Source: Candidatus Aenigmatarchaeota archaeon
GTDB taxonomy: Archaea > Aenigmatarchaeota > Aenigmatarchaeia > QMZP01 > JAFGSV01
DNA length: 64,000 nt
Direction: 5' to 3'
Assembly: GCA_016934325.1 (NCBI GenBank)
Contig: JAFGSV010000004.1
Coordinates: 11,538 to 75,537 of the forward strand
In this document: piece after piece, positions 9,817 to 18,485 of the stretch
Position numbering within the stretch: the stretch's first letter is position 1
Layout: the number at the start of each line of letters is the position of its first letter
The notes under the pieces: generated by a model
What the model was told of the DNA's origin: nothing
Database searches by the model: none
The model's input: the letters and a program-made list of their open reading frames with translations, nothing else
Position numbers and translations under genes: made by a program

Positions 9817-9966
9817 CCTCCTCCTGTTTGTTCTTCGGAAGAAATAAAAGCTTAATGTGTCACCACATCTTGCCCTCCCATCAAGATGTCACTACCTAAT
9901 ATATTTATGGGTACAATGGATTTATAAATGAAAAAATGAGATAATTCGATATCAGTAAGCGCTCTC

Positions 9967-10365
9967 ATGGCTAAACGATTGCGTTCCTCTTCAGGCATCA
10001 GTCCTCACATCCTCATGGGAGACCTCACAGAGAAGGAACTGCTGAAATTTCCCCCTTTCGAGTTCCAGAACTGGGTCTGTGAGAAGCTCGGCGGGAGGAT
10101 AAGCCACAGGAAAACAGGAGATATGGGTATAGATGGCTGGACGCTTGATATGACACCGATACAGGTCAAACAGTCACCGGATGTCGGCAGGAACCCCATA
10201 GACAACTTCCAGACTGCCATAAGAAGGGGGAGCAAGAAGAAGGGAATATTCGTGGCGTTCTCATTCGGAAAGGGAGCTTATGAGGAGGCGGCAAGGGCGA
10301 AGAATGATGGAATCGAGATAAAGCTGATTACTGTAAAGGAACTGCTCGAATCGAAATCGGCATGA
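9967..10365 (+). CDS. Stand-alone Mrr-like (PD-(D/E)xK) restriction endonuclease domain protein
   Basis: FEFQNWVCEKLGG...GDMGIDGW...IQVKQ has the D...(E/Q)xK core typical of Mrr_cat domains. Only 132 aa, with no methyltransferase or ATPase partner. Confidence 0.7.
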   Translation: MAKRLRSSSGISPHILMGDLTEKELLKFPPFEFQNWVCEKLGGRISHRKTGDMGIDGWTLDMTPIQVKQSPDVGRNPIDNFQTAIRRGSKKKGIFVAFSFGKGAYEEAARAKNDGIEIKLITVKELLESKSA

Positions 10366-10372
10366 GTGGTCA

Positions 10373-10437
10373 TTTTATTAGCAAAACTCGTCTTTTATTA
10401 GCAGAATCGATTATATTAGCAAAGCCTGCTGTCAGCA
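10373..10437. repeat. Right repeat cluster of the AT-rich cassette
   Basis: TTTTATTAGCAAA (10373-10385), TTTTATTAGCAGA (10393-10405) and TTATATTAGCAAAGCC-TGCTGTCAGCA (10411-10437). The last is the inverted copy of GGCTTTGCTAATAAAA at 9033-9048 with 1 mismatch. Confidence 0.6.
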
Positions 10438-10479
10438 AGCATTTATAAGTACAATACAATAAGGGACTGGTGATTACCC

Positions 10480-11079
10480 ATGTACGAGCAGATAGACCTC
10501 GACGCTATAGAGTCGAACAAGGACGAGGCCCCGGATTACAGGCCTTTCCTGAAGTCGAGCTCACCCGGCGCCCCCGTCAACATAGAGTACAGGATGAGGT
10601 ACCTGTCAAGCCTGGAATCGACGGAGAAGGCGAGCTACGACGAGTTCGCGAGGATCGCTGACCGTGAGGGCCTGAAGAAGGTGGCGGGCGTCTTCAGGCA
10701 GATACTCGAGCAGGAGAAGGAGCACGAGAGGAAGCTCAACGAGGGCAGGGAGACCATGACGAACCTCAGGATGTCCATCCAGAGGGAGAAGGACAAGATA
10801 ACGATCATGCGCGACATGCTCGATGAGGCCTACCGGGAGAAGGAGACGAAGGTCGTGTCGAGGCTCAAGGGCATGATTTCCGAGGAAGAGGGCCACGTCA
10901 TCAAGCTCAGCGAGGCGGCGGGGGAGCTCGAGAAGAAGATGGAGCAGGAGAAGGATCAGCTGAAGAAGGAAGCCGCTGAGAAGGAAGCGGAGAGCGGCCA
11001 GTACTGCAACCTGGGCGTGTGCGTGACCAATGGGAAGGGGGAACTGGCGGATGACACCGCCCCGGAAGTCGTGGAATAG
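10480..11079 (+). CDS. Ferritin-like/rubrerythrin-family protein with a coiled-coil tail
   Basis: ExxH motifs EQEKEHERK and EEEGHVIK. C-terminal CNLGVC. K/E-rich. Confidence 0.6.
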   Translation: MYEQIDLDAIESNKDEAPDYRPFLKSSSPGAPVNIEYRMRYLSSLESTEKASYDEFARIADREGLKKVAGVFRQILEQEKEHERKLNEGRETMTNLRMSIQREKDKITIMRDMLDEAYREKETKVVSRLKGMISEEEGHVIKLSEAAGELEKKMEQEKDQLKKEAAEKEAESGQYCNLGVCVTNGKGELADDTAPEVVE

Positions 11080-11149
11080 CGGTTCAGAGGAATAGTAATT
11101 AAAGGGACGAATCCCATTATTTATTCAGCCCAGCGCGGGAGGTGCTGAC

Positions 11150-11731
11150 ATGGCGCTCGATGACAAGGACCTCATGGAAGTGGAGCCGGACTTCAATCCG
11201 AATCCGGGGGATTTCAGCAACGAGAGGAAGGTGCTGCAGGTCGCCCTAGAGAACGAGATGAAAGGAAGGAGGCTCTATATGACCTACGCCAGGTCCTTGA
11301 CAAGCGACCTCGCCAAGCGGGTCTTCGTGCACCTGGCCAACGAGGAGCTGGCCCACATCGAGGACATAAAGGCATTCATCAAGTCTTTCTCCCTGGGGCC
11401 GGGGGTCGATGTGGACAGGATGATTAAGCCCGGCTCCCTCGACCACACCAAGGAATTCTTCGGCAGGCTCATGGAGGGCCTGCGGGAGCAGGTCAGGCCC
11501 AGCGACGACGACAGCAAGTCCAGGGAGGTCGCGATGAAGATAGAGCGGGCCGGATACGAGTATTACAAGAAGGGGGCCGAGACCACCAAGGACAAGCAGC
11601 TCGAGAGGTTCTTCAGGTGGCTCATGGAGCAGGAGAAGGCCCATTACATGCTCATAAGGAACGCTTTCGAATACATGGAAAACCCCGATTCCTTTTTCGC
11701 CGGGGAGGAGCACTGGATTCTTGAGGGCTGA
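11150..11731 (+). CDS. Ferritin-like diiron-carboxylate protein (rubrerythrin family, no rubredoxin domain)
   Basis: ENEMKGRRLY, NEELAHIED, KIERAGYEYY and EQEKAHYML give the E / ExxH / E / ExxH ligand pattern of a four-helix bundle. Confidence 0.65.
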   Translation: MALDDKDLMEVEPDFNPNPGDFSNERKVLQVALENEMKGRRLYMTYARSLTSDLAKRVFVHLANEELAHIEDIKAFIKSFSLGPGVDVDRMIKPGSLDHTKEFFGRLMEGLREQVRPSDDDSKSREVAMKIERAGYEYYKKGAETTKDKQLERFFRWLMEQEKAHYMLIRNAFEYMENPDSFFAGEEHWILEG

Positions 11732-11744
11732 CGGAGGGATTCAA

Positions 11745-11867
11745 ATGGGATGCGGCGGTTGCGGAAGCAAGAATGCCAAGAAAAAGAAGAAGTCAAGTAT
11801 GTATCCAGTGCCCATCGGTGCGATAAGCGGTTGCGGAAGCAAGAATGCCAAGAAAAAGAAGAAGTAG
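11745..11867 (+). CDS. Unlisted 40-aa Cys/Lys-rich mini-ORF built on a 39-bp perfect direct repeat
   Basis: GGAGGG then 6 nt then ATG. Translation: MGCGGCGSKNAKKKKKSSMYPVPIGAISGCGSKNAKKKKK. Repeats at 11755-11793 and 11827-11865. Confidence 0.35.
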   Translation: MGCGGCGSKNAKKKKKSSMYPVPIGAISGCGSKNAKKKKK

Positions 11868-11912
11868 TCTGGTGGACTGCTCCGACTTGAGGTGGATGCG
11901 AGCGGGAAGACG

Positions 11913-12818
11913 ATGATAACGATAATCGGCTCCGGAAGGGTCGGCTCCAGCACCGCGATGAGGATCGCGGAAATGGGCCTGGACGACGTCCTATTGCTGG
12001 ATATCGTCGAAGGCCTGGCGAGGGGCGAGGCCCTCGACATATCGCAGTCCTGCGTGTTCGACGTAAATGTATCGGGATCCGAAGATTTCGGGGACATGCG
12101 AGGCTCTGACATAGTCATAAACGCCGCCGGCCTTGCCAGGAAGCCGGGCATGGACAGGCTCGGGCTAATGAGCAGGAACAAGGAGATAACCAGTTCTGTC
12201 GCCGGCAAGATAAAGCGGTTCGCCCCGGGCTCCATCGTTATACAGGTCGCAAACCCCATGGACGTCATGTCCCTCGTGCAGCTGCGGGAGACCGGATTCG
12301 AAAGGGAGAAGGTGATCGGAATGGGCGGCGTGCTCGATTCCCAGAGGTTCAGCTATTTCATCTCCCGGCGCTTCTCCGTCCCGCCCAGCAAGGTGGAGGC
12401 GCTGGTAATAGGCGAGCACGGGGACAGCATGGTGCCTCTGGTCTCCCATGCCAAGGTTGACGGGAGGCCCCTTTCGGAGATCGCGGATCAAGGAGATATC
12501 GGAAGGCTGATAGACATGACCAGGAAAGCGGGCGCTGAGGTCATAGAGCTCAAGGGCAGCACCTTCTACGCGCCAGCGAGGGCAATAGCCTTGATGGCGG
12601 AGGCGGTCGCGAGAGACAAGAAGGCCGTCTTGCCGGCTTCTGTCTACCTGCAGGGGGAGTACGGCGTTTCCGGCATCTGCGCCGGGGTGCCGGCAAGGAT
12701 AGGCAGGGACGGCCTCGAGGGCATCGTGGAGATCGACATAACGGATGAAGAGAAGCGGGCTTTCAGCTCTTCCTGCGACCTGCTGCGCAGGAAAGCCGGG
12801 GAGCTCGGCCTGCTATGA
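11913..12818 (+). CDS. mdh: Malate (L-lactate-type) dehydrogenase
   Basis: MITIIGSGRVGSSTA (Rossmann GxGxxG) and GEHGDSMVPL. The ORF-track start is GTG 11892; ATG 11913 gives the canonical N-terminus. Confidence 0.9.
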   Translation: MITIIGSGRVGSSTAMRIAEMGLDDVLLLDIVEGLARGEALDISQSCVFDVNVSGSEDFGDMRGSDIVINAAGLARKPGMDRLGLMSRNKEITSSVAGKIKRFAPGSIVIQVANPMDVMSLVQLRETGFEREKVIGMGGVLDSQRFSYFISRRFSVPPSKVEALVIGEHGDSMVPLVSHAKVDGRPLSEIADQGDIGRLIDMTRKAGAEVIELKGSTFYAPARAIALMAEAVARDKKAVLPASVYLQGEYGVSGICAGVPARIGRDGLEGIVEIDITDEEKRAFSSSCDLLRRKAGELGLL

Positions 12819-12833
12819 AGATGCCTTTGCCCG

Positions 12834-13598
12834 TCAGAGCTTCAGCCAGGGGAAGTATCCCCTCAGCTTCTTCTCCTGCTCGCTCACCTTGCCGGGGACG
12901 GGCCTGCGCTCCACCATGGGGCTCTTCAGCTCCTCCACCTTCGGCTTCTCCTTGTACTCCCGGATGTACATCTCCCATATCTTCGGGTAGGCCCTCACCC
13001 TCTGCTTGGACCTGACTGTCAGGTTTATCGTCGAGCCGGATTCGAACATGACCAGGCCGAGGAACCTGTGCAGATAGTAATCGAGCAGGTCCTTGCATTC
13101 GACATATGTCTTGAGGCAAACCTTCGCGCCCTTTCTGACGACCATGTTCACGAACACAGGCTTGTTGGGGGCAGCGAAGAAGATGATGCTGGTGAGCATG
13201 ACCGCCAGGGGCTCGGTGAGGTCAGTCCTGCAGGATCCTATGAGCCTCTCGCCGTACTTGCCGAACAGCTTCTCTTCGAATTCCCTCCTTCTTATGCCTT
13301 TCGGCAGTATGCCCGAGAAATCCTCGCTCACGTAGACGGATATGGATTCCTTCCGTTGGCTCTTGTTGATGAAGCCGCCGAGGGAATACCGCATTATCCC
13401 CGCCTTGGAAAGGACCTCGACGTACTCGTCCGCCTTGTCGAACTGCTCCTGCAGCGTGTTCATGGGGACGCTTCCTCCGATCTTGTACACAGTCCAGATG
13501 AAATCCATCAGCTTGCTCGCCTTCGAGGAAACGGACAGCAATTCGCTCGAGAAGGCCTTTTCCACCAATTCTATCATGAAGAGAATAATATGGCCCAA
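12834..13598 (-). CDS. Hypothetical protein
   Basis: 254-aa ORF with host-like composition. No motif recognised. Confidence 0.55.
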   Translation of the reverse strand: MGHIILFMIELVEKAFSSELLSVSSKASKLMDFIWTVYKIGGSVPMNTLQEQFDKADEYVEVLSKAGIMRYSLGGFINKSQRKESISVYVSEDFSGILPKGIRRREFEEKLFGKYGERLIGSCRTDLTEPLAVMLTSIIFFAAPNKPVFVNMVVRKGAKVCLKTYVECKDLLDYYLHRFLGLVMFESGSTINLTVRSKQRVRAYPKIWEMYIREYKEKPKVEELKSPMVERRPVPGKVSEQEKKLRGYFPWLKL

Positions 13599-13714
13599 AA
13601 ATTATAAACCTGACTACCACTTCCAGGAATATCATGCGATTTTCATGCGGTTCAGCGCCGGCGGCCCAAGCGGCGCTGTCATGGAATGGAACACAGCTGA
13701 AACAGGACAGGCGG

Positions 13715-13900
13715 TCAGCCCGTCATTATGCCCTCGACCTTCCCTGCCTGGTCCTCAACGCTCTTCCTGATCAGCTTTTCTATCTCCTTCGATAGCGTCG
13801 TTTCACCCAGGACGCAGAGCGCCTTGAACTTCAGAAATACGTCTTTCTCGATTTCGATGGTGGTCGTTATCGTTTCTGACTTGGGTTCGTTTTCAGCCAT
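13715..13900 (-). CDS. Putative ribbon-helix-helix (CopG-like) DNA-binding protein
   Basis: 61 aa. TTIEIEKDVFLKFKALCVLGETTLSKEIEKLIRKSV fits a beta-strand/helix/helix pattern. Confidence 0.5.
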   Translation of the reverse strand: MAENEPKSETITTTIEIEKDVFLKFKALCVLGETTLSKEIEKLIRKSVEDQAGKVEGIMTG

Positions 13901-14173
13901 GACATATTTTTACTTGAACGCTTTTTAAATGTTTGTATATTATAATATGTAAATATTTAAATATGAAAATATATTAATATATTCATATGAATTTCATTGA
14001 CGTAGCCGGCGAAGCGGCAGAGGACGGGTCCCTGTCGGCGGCAGGGTTCTCATGTGCGTTCCCTGCCGGGGCAGCCCTTCCCCTCGCCTCGATCGCACGC
14101 CGGCTTCAGGCGGCTTCCTGCCCCGGTCATGCTAGAATGTCTAGAACATATGGATTTTTTAGGAGGTGTGAGA

Positions 14174-15226
14174 ATGGCGGACGATATTGAAGGATTGAAG
14201 GATTTCGACGCTTACGAAGCCAGGATAATGGTGATCGGATGCGGCGGAGGCGGATGCAATACGATAACGAGGCTTACGGACATGGGGATAAAGGGGGCGT
14301 CCACGGTGGCCATCAACACGGATGCCAGGCACCTTTCGGTTTCCAGGGCCCACAGGAAATTGCTGATCGGCGAGGACCTGACCAGGGGACTCGGAGCCGG
14401 AGGGTACCCGGACATCGGCAGGAAGGCGGCCGAGGAGTCCAAGGAGGACATAAGGGACGTGCTGAGCGGGTGCGACCTCCTCTTCATATCCTGCGGCCTT
14501 GGCGGCGGCACCGGAACGGGGAGCATCCCGGTGATCTCGAAGATAGCCAAGGAAATGGGGGCGATAGTGATAGCGCCGGTCACCGTGCCGTTCAGGATGG
14601 AAGGATCCCGGATAAGGAAGGCGGAGGAGGGCCTCATGCGGCTGAGGGAATCCGCCGACACGGCCATCATTATAGAGAACCAGCGGCTTGTCGAGATAGC
14701 CGGCAACAAGCCCATAAAGGAGGCTTTCGGGATCGCCGACGAGCTTATTGCGACGATGATAAAGGGGGTCACGGAACTGATATCCCAGCCGTCGCTCGTC
14801 AACCTCGACTACGCGGACGTGAGAGCCATAATGCACTCCGGGGGCGTCGCGACCATAGGGGTCGGGTCTTCGAACACGAACAACAGGGCGAGGGAGGCCA
14901 CGGACAAGGCCCTCAGGAATCCCCTGCTGAACGTGGATTACGAGGGGGCGACGGGGGCCCTGATACAGATAATAGGCGGCGAGGACATGACGCTCGAGGA
15001 GATCAACTCCGTCGGCACGGTGATTTCCGAAAAGATGTCCCCGGAAGCCACCGTGATGTGGGGGGCCCGCATCGTTCCGGGGTTCGGCAACAACATGCAG
15101 GTGATCACCATAATAACGGGGGTGAACTCCCCGTACATACTGTGCAACAGGCGCGAAGAGGAGAAGATCGTCGCAAGGAAGGTATACAACCAGTTCGCGG
15201 AAATGGGGATAAAGGTTCTGGCATAG
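14174..15226 (+). CDS. ftsZ: Cell division GTPase FtsZ
   Basis: AGGAGGTG then 5 nt then ATG 14174. IVIGCGGGGCNT and the GGGTGTG tubulin signature. The ORF-track 5' extension to 14054 is judged non-coding. Confidence 0.95.
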   Translation: MADDIEGLKDFDAYEARIMVIGCGGGGCNTITRLTDMGIKGASTVAINTDARHLSVSRAHRKLLIGEDLTRGLGAGGYPDIGRKAAEESKEDIRDVLSGCDLLFISCGLGGGTGTGSIPVISKIAKEMGAIVIAPVTVPFRMEGSRIRKAEEGLMRLRESADTAIIIENQRLVEIAGNKPIKEAFGIADELIATMIKGVTELISQPSLVNLDYADVRAIMHSGGVATIGVGSSNTNNRAREATDKALRNPLLNVDYEGATGALIQIIGGEDMTLEEINSVGTVISEKMSPEATVMWGARIVPGFGNNMQVITIITGVNSPYILCNRREEEKIVARKVYNQFAEMGIKVLA

Positions 15227-15323
15227 CCGCCGCGACCTCAGGAAGGCGTAACGGTGGAGTGTCCGGGACCGCTTGGATGCGCGTCTGGTTCATGAGCGGA
15301 AGTCGTGCCGGGGCTGAAGGCCT

Positions 15324-15770
15324 GTGATCGTCATGATGAAGACTGGCGAAGTGTTCGTGAAGGACCTGATGAAGCCAGCCCGTACGATAAGCAGTGACAT
15401 GCCCATATCCGAGGCCCTGCCTCTCCTGAAGAAAACCGAGCTCGGCTTCCTTTCGGTTATCGACGAAAACGGGAAGCTCATAGGCGCGGTATGCGAGAGC
15501 AGCTTCATGAGGCTGGTGAAGCACACCCCGAACTCCCCCCTCGAGGAGCCGGTATGGTACGATTCCCTGGAGCCGGATGAAGGCAAGAAGCCGGTGGAAG
15601 CCATAATGACGACGAACATAACCACGGCCAGACCGGACGACGACGTCAGGACCGCGCTCAAGGTCATGAGCTCTGCGGGCTACCGCTTCATCCACGTCGT
15701 GGACTCCGACGGAAGGCTCTTGGGCGTCATGAGGCTCTGCGACGTTTTCGAGAAACTGCTGGGTGACTGA
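15324..15770 (+). CDS. CBS-domain pair protein
   Basis: Two CBS-like units (VKDLMKPARTISSDMPISEAL...GFLSVIDENGKLIGAV and IMTTNITTARPDDDVRTAL...RFIHVVDSDGRLLGVM). Confidence 0.85.
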   Translation: MIVMMKTGEVFVKDLMKPARTISSDMPISEALPLLKKTELGFLSVIDENGKLIGAVCESSFMRLVKHTPNSPLEEPVWYDSLEPDEGKKPVEAIMTTNITTARPDDDVRTALKVMSSAGYRFIHVVDSDGRLLGVMRLCDVFEKLLGD

Positions 15771-17028
15771 CTTGAGCCCGCTGATAGACCTCGCGCTGCT
15801 GCTGTTCGGCGCAAAGCTGTGCGGAATACTGTTCACGAAGATAAAGCAGCCCGGCATAGTCGGCGAGCTGGTCGCCGGCATAATACTGGGGCCGTCCCTG
15901 CTGGCCCTGGTGAATCCCTCGAGCCTGGTGACCTCTGTCGCTGACCTGGGTCTCCTTTTCATAATACTCCTGATCAGCCTTACGATCGACTGGAAGAACC
16001 TGGAGGTAAGCACGGAGAAATACGTCTGGATAGAGATAACCAGGGCCCTGTTCACGATCATACTGGTCTACGTGATATCGACCATGTTCTCATGGAACAT
16101 ATACACCTTCCTGGCCCTGGCCTTCACGATCATACTCTCAAGCACCGCCATCGTGTCGCGGACGCTGGCCGACATGAAGCAGATAGACAGCGCAGAAGGC
16201 CAGAACCTGATGGGCATCGAGGTCGTCGATACCGTGTTCGGCATCATATGCATCGCCGTCCTTGCCAACCTGCTCGGCGGCGAGACGATAGTCATCGAGC
16301 CCATCCTCACGACGGTCTTGATAGTCGTGGGCCTTTTCGTGGTCATGGGGAAGGTCGGATTCAAGATGGTGAACAGGCTCACGAGCTCGATCCAGAAGTA
16401 CGGCGTGGAGGAGGCGCTGCTGGGCTTCACGCTGCTCCTCGCATTCCTGCTCGGGAGCTTGACGGAGAGCCTCAGGCTTGAGTCTATCCTGGGGGTCTTC
16501 ATCGCCGGCATGATACTGAGCAAGAGCGCGCAGCTGCCCGTGATCGTCAGGAAGGTGAAGGATATAGGAGAAAGCTTCTTCATACCCATATTCTTCGCGT
16601 CCGTCGGCCTGACGATAAACCTGATGTCCGGGACGGGGAACCTGCTCTTCATGGCAGGGCTCATAATCATCATCGTCTCGGTCAAGGTCTTCACGTCTTT
16701 CGTGTCCCTGAGGCTCTTCAACTTCACGGCCACCCAGTCGATCAAGATATCCACGGGGCTCATCACGCTGTCGGAACTGACGATCGTGATCCTGGCGCTG
16801 TCCGTCTCGAACCTCGAGCCCGGGATATTCATAAGCCTCATCGTCTCGTACCTGATCATAAACGCGATTTCCCCGGTGATAATGAACTTCTTCTTCAGGG
16901 AGAATTTCCAGGTCAATCTGGAGAGTATGGCCTTGTATGGAAGCCACCGGGGCAAGAACAAATGGAAGAGATATCGCAGCAGGATATACAGGAACGACAA
17001 GAAATCCTACAGCTTCCGGGGACGCTGA
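15763..17028 (+). CDS. Cation:proton antiporter (CPA2/Kef-NapA type)
   Basis: Polytopic membrane protein. N-terminus LLFGAKLCGILFTKIKQPGIVGELVAGIILGPS is typical of Na_H_Exchanger family proteins. 8-nt overlap with the CBS gene. Confidence 0.85.
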   Translation: MTDLSPLIDLALLLFGAKLCGILFTKIKQPGIVGELVAGIILGPSLLALVNPSSLVTSVADLGLLFIILLISLTIDWKNLEVSTEKYVWIEITRALFTIILVYVISTMFSWNIYTFLALAFTIILSSTAIVSRTLADMKQIDSAEGQNLMGIEVVDTVFGIICIAVLANLLGGETIVIEPILTTVLIVVGLFVVMGKVGFKMVNRLTSSIQKYGVEEALLGFTLLLAFLLGSLTESLRLESILGVFIAGMILSKSAQLPVIVRKVKDIGESFFIPIFFASVGLTINLMSGTGNLLFMAGLIIIIVSVKVFTSFVSLRLFNFTATQSIKISTGLITLSELTIVILALSVSNLEPGIFISLIVSYLIINAISPVIMNFFFRENFQVNLESMALYGSHRGKNKWKRYRSRIYRNDKKSYSFRGR

Positions 17029-17097
17029 CCTCCTCCCATAGCAAATAAAACCAATGCACGCCCGTATCCTAAGGAAATGAAACCGGCAAAGGAGCCC

Positions 17098-18351
17098 TTA
17101 ACTTATTTCGCCCCAGCCGACCAGGCGCCAGCGGCCCGCGACCTGCCTTGAAATGGCGACCCTTTCCCCCTTCTCGGCGCATATCGGCATCTTGAGCTTG
17201 ATCTTCGTCAGCTTCCCCATATCGATGATGGCCCCCACGGTCCTGCTGGTCCCGGAAGTCAGCATCAGAGGGACGCCCGGCTTCAGAGGCTCGACCTTTA
17301 TCTCTTCCCTGGTCCCGACAACCCTGTTGAGCATCTCCACCTTCATGCTTATTTCCGACCATACGGGGGGCAGCTTACCCGGAGCCCCTGCGACGGACCC
17401 CGACAGGGCGTCGGCCTTCGCAAGGTACGGGTCCAGCTTCGTTGATACTCCCAGCAGCCCGCCCGGGAGGACGCTCTGCTGGTCGAGCTTCGCCTTCTGC
17501 AGGCCCGTGACCTCGGTGATCAGGGGACTGACCTTGTCCTTGACCATTATGCCCGGGCATATCTCTATCTTGTCGCCGACACGCAGCTTTCCCTGGACCA
17601 AAGACCCACCGAGCACGCCGCCGTGCAGCTTTTCTATGGGAGTTCCCGGCTTGTTCACGTCGAAGCTCCTTGCCACGAGCATCTTCGGCACCTTCCCGCC
17701 GTCCCTCTTGGGGGTGGGTATGTTTTCCTGAATGGCCTGAATGAGGGCGTCGATGTTGACCCTGTACTGGGCCGATACCGGGATCACGGGAGCGTCCTCG
17801 GCGACGGTGCCCTTGAGGAACCCCTTGATCTGCCCGTAATTCCTCTCGGCCTCCTCCTTCGTGACCCTGTCTATCTTGTTCTGCACCACAACGATGTTCT
17901 TTATCCCCGCGATGTTCAGCGCCACCAGGTGCTCGCTGGTCTGCGGCTGCGGGCACGGCTCGTTGGCCGATATCACGAGCAGGGCGCCGTCCATGAGGGC
18001 GGCCCCGGCAAGTACGGTGGCCATCAGCGTCTCGTGCCCGGGCGCATCGACGAGAGATACGGTTCTGAGGTATTCGCAGTCCGAGAAGCATTTCATGCAT
18101 TTCGGGGTGGTCGAGAAGCCGTGCGGATGGCCGCACTTCTTGCATAAGTAGAACGATATGTCGGCGTATCCGAGCTTGATGGTTATGCCCCTCTTCATCT
18201 CCTCGCTGTGCGTGTCCGTCCATTTGCCGCTCAGCGCCTCGGTAAGGGTGGTCTTTCCGTGGTCCACGTGACCGACCAGCCCGATGTTCACCTCCGGCAG
18301 GTGGTCATCTTTCCCCCCCTTCGCCTTCCCGGATTTCCTCTTGCCTTCCAT
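17098..18351 (-). CDS. eif2g: Translation initiation factor aIF2 gamma subunit
   Basis: NIGLVGHVDHGKTTLTEAL, the zinc knuckle CKKCG...CMKC, DAPGHE and NKID. Confidence 0.95.
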   Translation of the reverse strand: MEGKRKSGKAKGGKDDHLPEVNIGLVGHVDHGKTTLTEALSGKWTDTHSEEMKRGITIKLGYADISFYLCKKCGHPHGFSTTPKCMKCFSDCEYLRTVSLVDAPGHETLMATVLAGAALMDGALLVISANEPCPQPQTSEHLVALNIAGIKNIVVVQNKIDRVTKEEAERNYGQIKGFLKGTVAEDAPVIPVSAQYRVNIDALIQAIQENIPTPKRDGGKVPKMLVARSFDVNKPGTPIEKLHGGVLGGSLVQGKLRVGDKIEICPGIMVKDKVSPLITEVTGLQKAKLDQQSVLPGGLLGVSTKLDPYLAKADALSGSVAGAPGKLPPVWSEISMKVEMLNRVVGTREEIKVEPLKPGVPLMLTSGTSRTVGAIIDMGKLTKIKLKMPICAEKGERVAISRQVAGRWRLVGWGEIS

Positions 18352-18485
18352 GTTCCCCTCTTTTCAGTATCTAGGGATTTATAATGGATGCCCGGCTTTT
18401 AAAAAGAGCGCCTCAGGGCGAATCCCAAAAACGAACTCCCTTCCCCCGGTTTCAGCAGGCCTTGACGCGAGCTACGGAAACGGCA

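Noticed and set aside
11741-12268. 175-aa minus-strand ORF overlapping the mini-ORF repeats and the mdh 5' end
   Set aside because: It is antisense to mdh. The repeated FFFLAFLLPQP segment is simply the reverse reading of the 39-bp repeat.
14054-14173. 5' extension of the ftsZ ORF (start at 14054 in the track)
   Set aside because: The extension encodes MRSLPGQPFPSPRSHAGFRRLPAP..., which is unlike any FtsZ N-terminus. A strong AGGAGGTG RBS precedes ATG 14174.
14239-15327. 362-aa plus-strand ORF (R/G/H-rich) and the minus-strand ORFs 14159-14836 and 14212-14802 inside ftsZ
   Set aside because: These are out-of-frame or antisense to the FtsZ frame, which carries the GGGTGTG signature. Their arginine-rich composition looks like junk translation.
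16068-17000. 310-aa and 269-aa minus-strand ORFs opposite the antiporter gene
   Set aside because: The plus-strand frame gives a coherent polytopic CPA2 transporter, so these are shadows.
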